Positions 59,890 to 64,000 of a stretch of DNA of 64,000 nucleotides are shown one piece after another (the first letter of the stretch is position 1; each line of letters starts with the position of its first letter). The notes below the pieces were generated by a model. That model was not told where the DNA came from, did not search any database, and worked only from the letters and a program-made list of their open reading frames with translations. This DNA is from an uncultured Actinomycetota bacterium (GTDB lineage Bacteria > Actinomycetota > Actinomycetes > Mycobacteriales > Mycobacteriaceae): contig CAWKFL010000003.1 of assembly GCA_963848855.1 (NCBI GenBank), forward strand, positions 338,912-402,911. The letters run 5' to 3'. Position numbers and translations under genes: made by a program.

Positions 59890-59979
59890 TGCGCTGCCTT
59901 CTGTAGTGACTATGTCGTCTAGCCGAATTATAGGAAATCTGAAAGGTTGCTGGACGCTTTCGCTTCAGGCGCGCACGAA

Positions 59980-60009
59980 AAAGCCGGGGCACCAAGGCGC
60001 CCCGGCTTT
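59980..60009 (-). terminator. intrinsic terminator after paralog 3 (11-bp GC-rich stem, 8-nt loop, T-run)
   Basis: aaagccggggc (59980-59990) pairs with gccccggcttt (59999-60009). On the minus strand the stem runs into TTTTT (59978-59982). Confidence 0.65.
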
Positions 60010-60020
60010 CGGTCGTTGGG

Positions 60021-60374
60021 CTACGGGCTGGAGCTGATCTCCGAGTGCGGCACGGGCATGGGACCTTGGGCCTCCTGCTCTTCGGCAAGACCGATGCACT
60101 GGCCCGAGTTGCCTCCGGTGCAGGGGATGTTGTCGATCTCCGGTAGTCCACCCGCGGAGGTTTGGCCGAACTCAGGTGAATTCGGCACGAGGTCCGGGAC
60201 GCAGACGTTGGTGAAGGTGTCTTCGGATTCGCCGCCTGGGCAAGCGGCGATGGTCGGTGCCGACGTGCCCGCCGTCGGTACCGCGAACATCGCGACTGCC
60301 GGTGCTGCGGCCACTGCGACCGCAAATCCACCGGCAAGGATCAGGCGTCGCGCTGGGAGGTTCAAGGTCGCCAT
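60021..60374 (-). CDS. small secreted four-cysteine protein, paralog 3 of 3
   Basis: 117 aa from ATG 60374 (MATLNLPARRLILAGGFAVAVAAAPA...; IPCTGGNSGQCIGLAEE). The track start at 60416 is an upstream extension. Confidence 0.7.
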   Translation of the reverse strand: MATLNLPARRLILAGGFAVAVAAAPAVAMFAVPTAGTSAPTIAACPGGESEDTFTNVCVPDLVPNSPEFGQTSAGGLPEIDNIPCTGGNSGQCIGLAEEQEAQGPMPVPHSEISSSP

Positions 60375-60739
60375 TGTCACGCTTTCTGTCGTTTTGCTGA
60401 CCGTACTCGGTGGCAACTCACGAGGGGCGTTGCGAGCTGTCTGGATACGCTCTTCGAGTTACCTGCCGATGGCTGTCTCGAAGTTGTGCCGCGACAGGCC
60501 ATCTGCTACCGCAAACATTACGCCGAGTGGCACGGAATCGCCGTGCCATCGCAAAGAATTTTGGTGCGCATGTGCCATTTCTGAAAGGTTGCTGTGGAGT
60601 CGCTGTGGCACCCCTCGGGAGACGTTCGCCGTGGCACCGTAATGTGCTTTGAGATCGACGAAATCCAAGCGAACGAGGTGGTCCGCTGTGGCGAGCCCTG
60701 ACCGATACCGAGTCTGCCGACGGCGATGCACCCCAACAG

Positions 60740-61617
60740 GTGATGTACGAGAAGCTCGACGAGGGCCGGATCGTGCGGATCTGGCTGAACCGGCGCGAGG
60801 CGCAGAACGCACAGTCGCGAACCCTATTAGTGCAGTTGGACGAGGCGTTCGGCCGCGCAGAAGCCGACGATCAGGTCAGGGTGGTGATTCTGGCGGCTCG
60901 CGGCAAGAACTTCTCGGCTGGACACGATTTGGGCTCCGAGGAGGCGCTGCTCGAGCGGAAACCCGGTCCGGCGCAACATCCGACTTTTCGTTCGCACGGG
61001 GCTACACAGCCGGCGATCGCGGAGAGAACGTATCTGCAGGAGTGGCACTTCTTCTTCGAAAACACCCGGCGTTGGCGGGATCTTCGCAAGACACCATCGC
61101 TTCGGTGCAGGGCAATGCGATCTCCGCTGCGCTGATGCTGATCTGGGCGTGCGACCTCATCGTCGCGGCCGACGACGCGAAGTTCAGCGATGTCGTCGCC
61201 GTACGCATGGGCATGCCGGGCGTCGAATATTACGCCCACCCTTGGGAATTCGGCGCTCGCAAGGCCAAAGAGCTTCTGCTGACCGGTGACTCGATCGATG
61301 CCGACGAAGCGCAGCGGCTCGGCATGGTTTCGAAGATCTTCCCGCGTGCTGAACTCGAGGACAAGACGCTCGAGTTCGCGCGCAGTATCGCCGAGCGCCC
61401 GACCATGGCGGCACTGTTGATCAAGGATTCGGTCAACGCGGCCAGTGACGCCATGGGGTTCACAGAGGCGTTGCGGCACGCATTCCACATCCACGAGCTC
61501 GGCCACGCGCACTGGGCGGCACACAACGAAAACCGGTACCCGGTCGGACTGCCGCCCAACGTCCCGGACTGGCGGACGCTCGGTCCGCCCAAGCCTGCGC
61601 GGCGCGACGAACCGTGA
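60740..61617 (+). pseudogene. enoyl-CoA hydratase/isomerase family protein; 1-nt deletion at about 61088-61092 as assembled
   Basis: MMYEKLDEGRIVRIWLNRREAQNAQS...FSAGHDLG...RWRDLRK, then a frame change to TIASVQGNAISAALMLIWACDLIVAADDAKF.... The span equals 3n+2. Confidence 0.75.
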
Positions 61618-61625
61618 CGTATAAC

Positions 61626-61639
61626 TAGAACTTGTTCTA
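61626..61639. promoter_or_regulatory. KstR-type operator TAGAACTTGTTCTA (core of the 20-bp perfect palindrome 61623-61642)
   Basis: Consensus match, 24 nt upstream of the SDR start. Confidence 0.7.
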
Positions 61640-61662
61640 GTTGACCGAACGAAGGGGTCGCT

Positions 61663-62499
61663 TTGCAAGTGTCGTTGGCGGGTCGAACGGTACTGGTCAC
61701 CGGTGGTGGCAGCGGGATAGGCAAGGGCGTGGCGGCTGCGGTCGTCGCCGCGGGCGGTAACGCGATGCTGGTCGGCCGCAATGCTGACAAACTGTCCGCC
61801 GCGGCTGACGAGATCAGGGCCCAAGGCGGCGCAGGCCAGGTGCTGTATGAACCCGCCGACGTCACGAACGAGGACGAGGTCGCCCGGGTCGTCGACGCCG
61901 CGACGGCATGGACCGGACGGCTGCATGGCGTCGTGAACTGCGCGGGTGGAAGCGAAACGATCGGACCGATCACCCAGATCGACTCCGAAGCGTGGCGGCG
62001 AACGATCGACCTGAACATCAACGGCACCATGTACGTGCTCAAGCACGCGGCCAGGGAGATGGTGCGCGGAGGGGGCGGGTCCTTCATCGGGATCTCGTCG
62101 ATCGCGTCGAGCAACACACATCGGTGGTTCGGTGCGTACGGGGTAAGCAAGTCCGCGGTGGATCACCTGATGCAGCTGGCTGCCGACGAGCTCGGCCCGT
62201 CATGGGTTAGAGTGAATTGCCTCAGGCCGGGGTTGATCCGCACCGAACTTGTTGCGCCCGTGCTAGATTCACCCGAGCTGAGCGCCGACTACGCATCCAT
62301 CACCCCGCTCCCGCGCCCCGGTGAGGTCGAGGACGTCGCGAACATTTCGGTGTTCCTGCTCAGTGACGCGGCCTGCTATGTCACCGGCCAGGTGATCAAC
62401 GTCGACGGAGGCCTGATGTTGCGACGCGGCCCCGACTTCTCCGCGATGCTCGAACCCGTCTTCGGAGCCGACGGCTTGCGCGGCGTCGTCGCCAAATAG
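61663..62499 (+). CDS. short-chain dehydrogenase/reductase
   Basis: 278 aa with the TGGGSGIGKG cofactor motif and YGVSK catalytic motif. Confidence 0.8.
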   Translation: MQVSLAGRTVLVTGGGSGIGKGVAAAVVAAGGNAMLVGRNADKLSAAADEIRAQGGAGQVLYEPADVTNEDEVARVVDAATAWTGRLHGVVNCAGGSETIGPITQIDSEAWRRTIDLNINGTMYVLKHAAREMVRGGGGSFIGISSIASSNTHRWFGAYGVSKSAVDHLMQLAADELGPSWVRVNCLRPGLIRTELVAPVLDSPELSADYASITPLPRPGEVEDVANISVFLLSDAACYVTGQVINVDGGLMLRRGPDFSAMLEPVFGADGLRGVVAK

Positions 62500-62540
62500 C
62501 ACTTAGGTTTGTGATCTGGCGCTTTCCACGACCTTCAGCG

Positions 62541-63431
62541 CTATCTCACGGGGTTGGGGCCGCCCGCTTCCCAGGCGGCCAATGCGCCGACTGCGGACCA
62601 GTCGAGTTCGCCACCGCCGTTGGCGAGCAGGGTGAGGAAACGGTCGCGCAGCAGACTGGCGATGGGCAACGGCACTTGCAGGGTTTCGCCCGCGGTGAGC
62701 ACCAGGCGGACGTCCTTGCTCCCCAGTGCGGCCGCGAATCCGGCTGGCTCGAATTCATCGCGCGCGATGAGCCCGCCGTAGGTCTTGTAGATCGGCGCAC
62801 CGAACAATGTAGACGTCAGCAGCTCCAGGTACTCCTCCTTGTCGACACCGGCCTTATGGACCAGCGCCATCGCCTCGCCGAGCGATTCGATCACCGTGGC
62901 GATGAGGAAGTTGCCGCTCAGCTTGACCAGGCTGGCGGCCTTCGGATCCTCCGCGACGGTGAACGTCCGCTGGCCGATCGCATCAAATACGTCCGAGACC
63001 GCCTGCAGGACAGCGGGTTCACCGGCCGCTACCACGAACAGCTTTGCCGCTGCCGCGGCCTCGGGCCTGCCGAATACCGGTGCGGCGACGAAGCCCTGGC
63101 CCGCCTCGGCATGAGCGGCGGTAAGCCGCTCGGCCAGTGCGACACTGATCGTGCTCGACGAAACGTGGATCGCGCCGGCCTTCAGCGAAGCCAGGATGCC
63201 GTCGTCACCGAACGTGACTGCCTCGACGGCCTCGTCGTTGGCCAGCATCGAGATCACGATGTCGCCGCCACACGCCTCCGCGACGGTCGTCGCGCGCTGT
63301 GCGCCCGCGTCGGCTAGCGCCGCGACCTTGTCCTGCGACCGGTTGTAGGCGGTGACCTCATGCCCGGCCTTCAACAGATTCGCGGCCATGCCCGATCCCA
63401 TGTTTCCCAGTCCAATGAAACCAATCTTCAT
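62541..63431 (-). CDS. NAD(P)-dependent beta-hydroxyacid dehydrogenase (3-hydroxyisobutyrate dehydrogenase-like)
   Basis: 296 aa from ATG 63431 (MKIGFIGLGNMGSGMAANL...). The longer track ORF is an upstream extension. Confidence 0.8.
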   Translation of the reverse strand: MKIGFIGLGNMGSGMAANLLKAGHEVTAYNRSQDKVAALADAGAQRATTVAEACGGDIVISMLANDEAVEAVTFGDDGILASLKAGAIHVSSSTISVALAERLTAAHAEAGQGFVAAPVFGRPEAAAAAKLFVVAAGEPAVLQAVSDVFDAIGQRTFTVAEDPKAASLVKLSGNFLIATVIESLGEAMALVHKAGVDKEEYLELLTSTLFGAPIYKTYGGLIARDEFEPAGFAAALGSKDVRLVLTAGETLQVPLPIASLLRDRFLTLLANGGGELDWSAVGALAAWEAGGPNPVR

Positions 63432-63596
63432 GGGATCCACGATGCCCGGCGTTCCTGTGCGGCGGTGGTGCGGGCCACTGACCATTGACTCTGCGCTCAC
63501 GGCGCGTAAATCCGCCCGAGTAACCCCCGCCATAGGTGCAGAGTCAACGAATACGCGCGGCCGTCGAGCAGAGTATGCGAGCAAATCGGGATCCGG

Positions 63597-63968
63597 CTAG
63601 GGAGCGTCCGACAGCGTCTCGGCGGCGCGGTGCGCCGCGTTGATGATTGCCTGGTAGCCCGTGCAGCGGCAGAAATTGCCGGACAGGCCTTCGCGGATCT
63701 CCTCGTCGGTGGGCTTGGGATTGTCGCGCAGCAGCGCGGTGATCGACATGACGAAACCCGGTGTGCAGAAGCCACACTGGAGACCGTGGCAGTCGCGCAT
63801 CGCCGCCTGGCCGTCGAGCAGCACCGTGCACGCGCCGCATGCCCCGTGCTCGCAACCCAGGTGGGTGCCGGTGAGACCGCACTTCTCACGCAGGAAGTCC
63901 GCCAGCGTGACGCGGGGCTCGACAAGCCCGTGTTGCGACCGGCCGTTGACGGTCACCTCGACCGGCAT
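63597..63968 (-). CDS. (2Fe-2S)-binding small subunit of a molybdenum hydroxylase (CoxS/XdhA N-terminal type), apparently carrying an internal in-frame deletion
   Basis: MPVEVTVNGR...GCEHGACGACTVLLDG joins directly to QAAMRDCHGLQCGFCTPGFVMS...CRCTGYQAI. ATG 63968 is 1 nt after an upstream TGA. Confidence 0.7.
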   Translation of the reverse strand: MPVEVTVNGRSQHGLVEPRVTLADFLREKCGLTGTHLGCEHGACGACTVLLDGQAAMRDCHGLQCGFCTPGFVMSITALLRDNPKPTDEEIREGLSGNFCRCTGYQAIINAAHRAAETLSDAP

Positions 63969-63969
63969 G

Positions 63970-64000
63970 TCATGCATGGATCGCCTCCGTTCGGGACGTC
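63970..64000 (-). CDS. 3' end of an upstream gene (possibly the medium/FAD subunit of the same hydroxylase); too short to assign
   Basis: The minus frame ends ...TSRTEAIHA-TGA at 63970-63972. Only 10 codons fall inside the window. Confidence 0.25.
   Translation of the reverse strand, partial: TSRTEAIHA

Overview
High-GC actinobacterial chromosome segment whose gene content and order point to a Mycobacterium or Mycolicibacterium (family recognition by eye; no searches run, GC not computed). Layout, left to right:

1. 0-12 kb: a mimR-mimABCD soluble di-iron (propane/acetone-type) monooxygenase cluster. It carries the usual accessory genes: amidohydrolase, DUF59-like protein, Zn-ADH and a GroEL-like chaperonin.
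2. 12-35 kb: KstR-type cholesterol catabolic genes in the order known from M. tuberculosis Rv3523-Rv3502c. These are ltp3, ltp4, a DUF35 protein, an LLM oxidoreductase, an Rv3519-like gene, cyp142, echA19, fadD19, fadD17, fadE27, fadE26, fdxD and hsd4A. A block of lineage-specific genes interrupts them.
3. 35-46.5 kb: an 11-gene block that breaks the hsd4A-yrbE4A adjacency. It encodes a TctCBA transporter, two hydrolase-superfamily enzymes, an LLM monooxygenase plus flavin reductase, a cupin, a CMD-family protein, acetoacetyl-CoA synthetase and a PucR regulator.
4. 46.9-57.4 kb: the complete mce4 operon (yrbE4AB, mce4A-F and two Mce-associated membrane proteins).
5. 57.3-58.8 kb: otsA.
6. 59-60.4 kb: three tandem paralogous genes for small secreted four-cysteine proteins.
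7. 60.7-64 kb: a crotonase, an SDR, a beta-hydroxyacid dehydrogenase and a CoxS-like 2Fe-2S subunit.

Seven KstR-type operators (TnnAACnnGTTnnA) are visible. No tRNA, rRNA, CRISPR array, transposase or phage gene was seen.

The most striking anomaly is a dense run of single-base indels confined to about 4.9-11.7 kb, the mim cluster downstream of mimA. Isolated homopolymer-type frameshifts also occur in a nitroreductase, mce4A and a crotonase gene. I did not find a convincing novel defence or mobile system. The best candidates for new biology are the inserted island and the triplicated secreted-protein locus.
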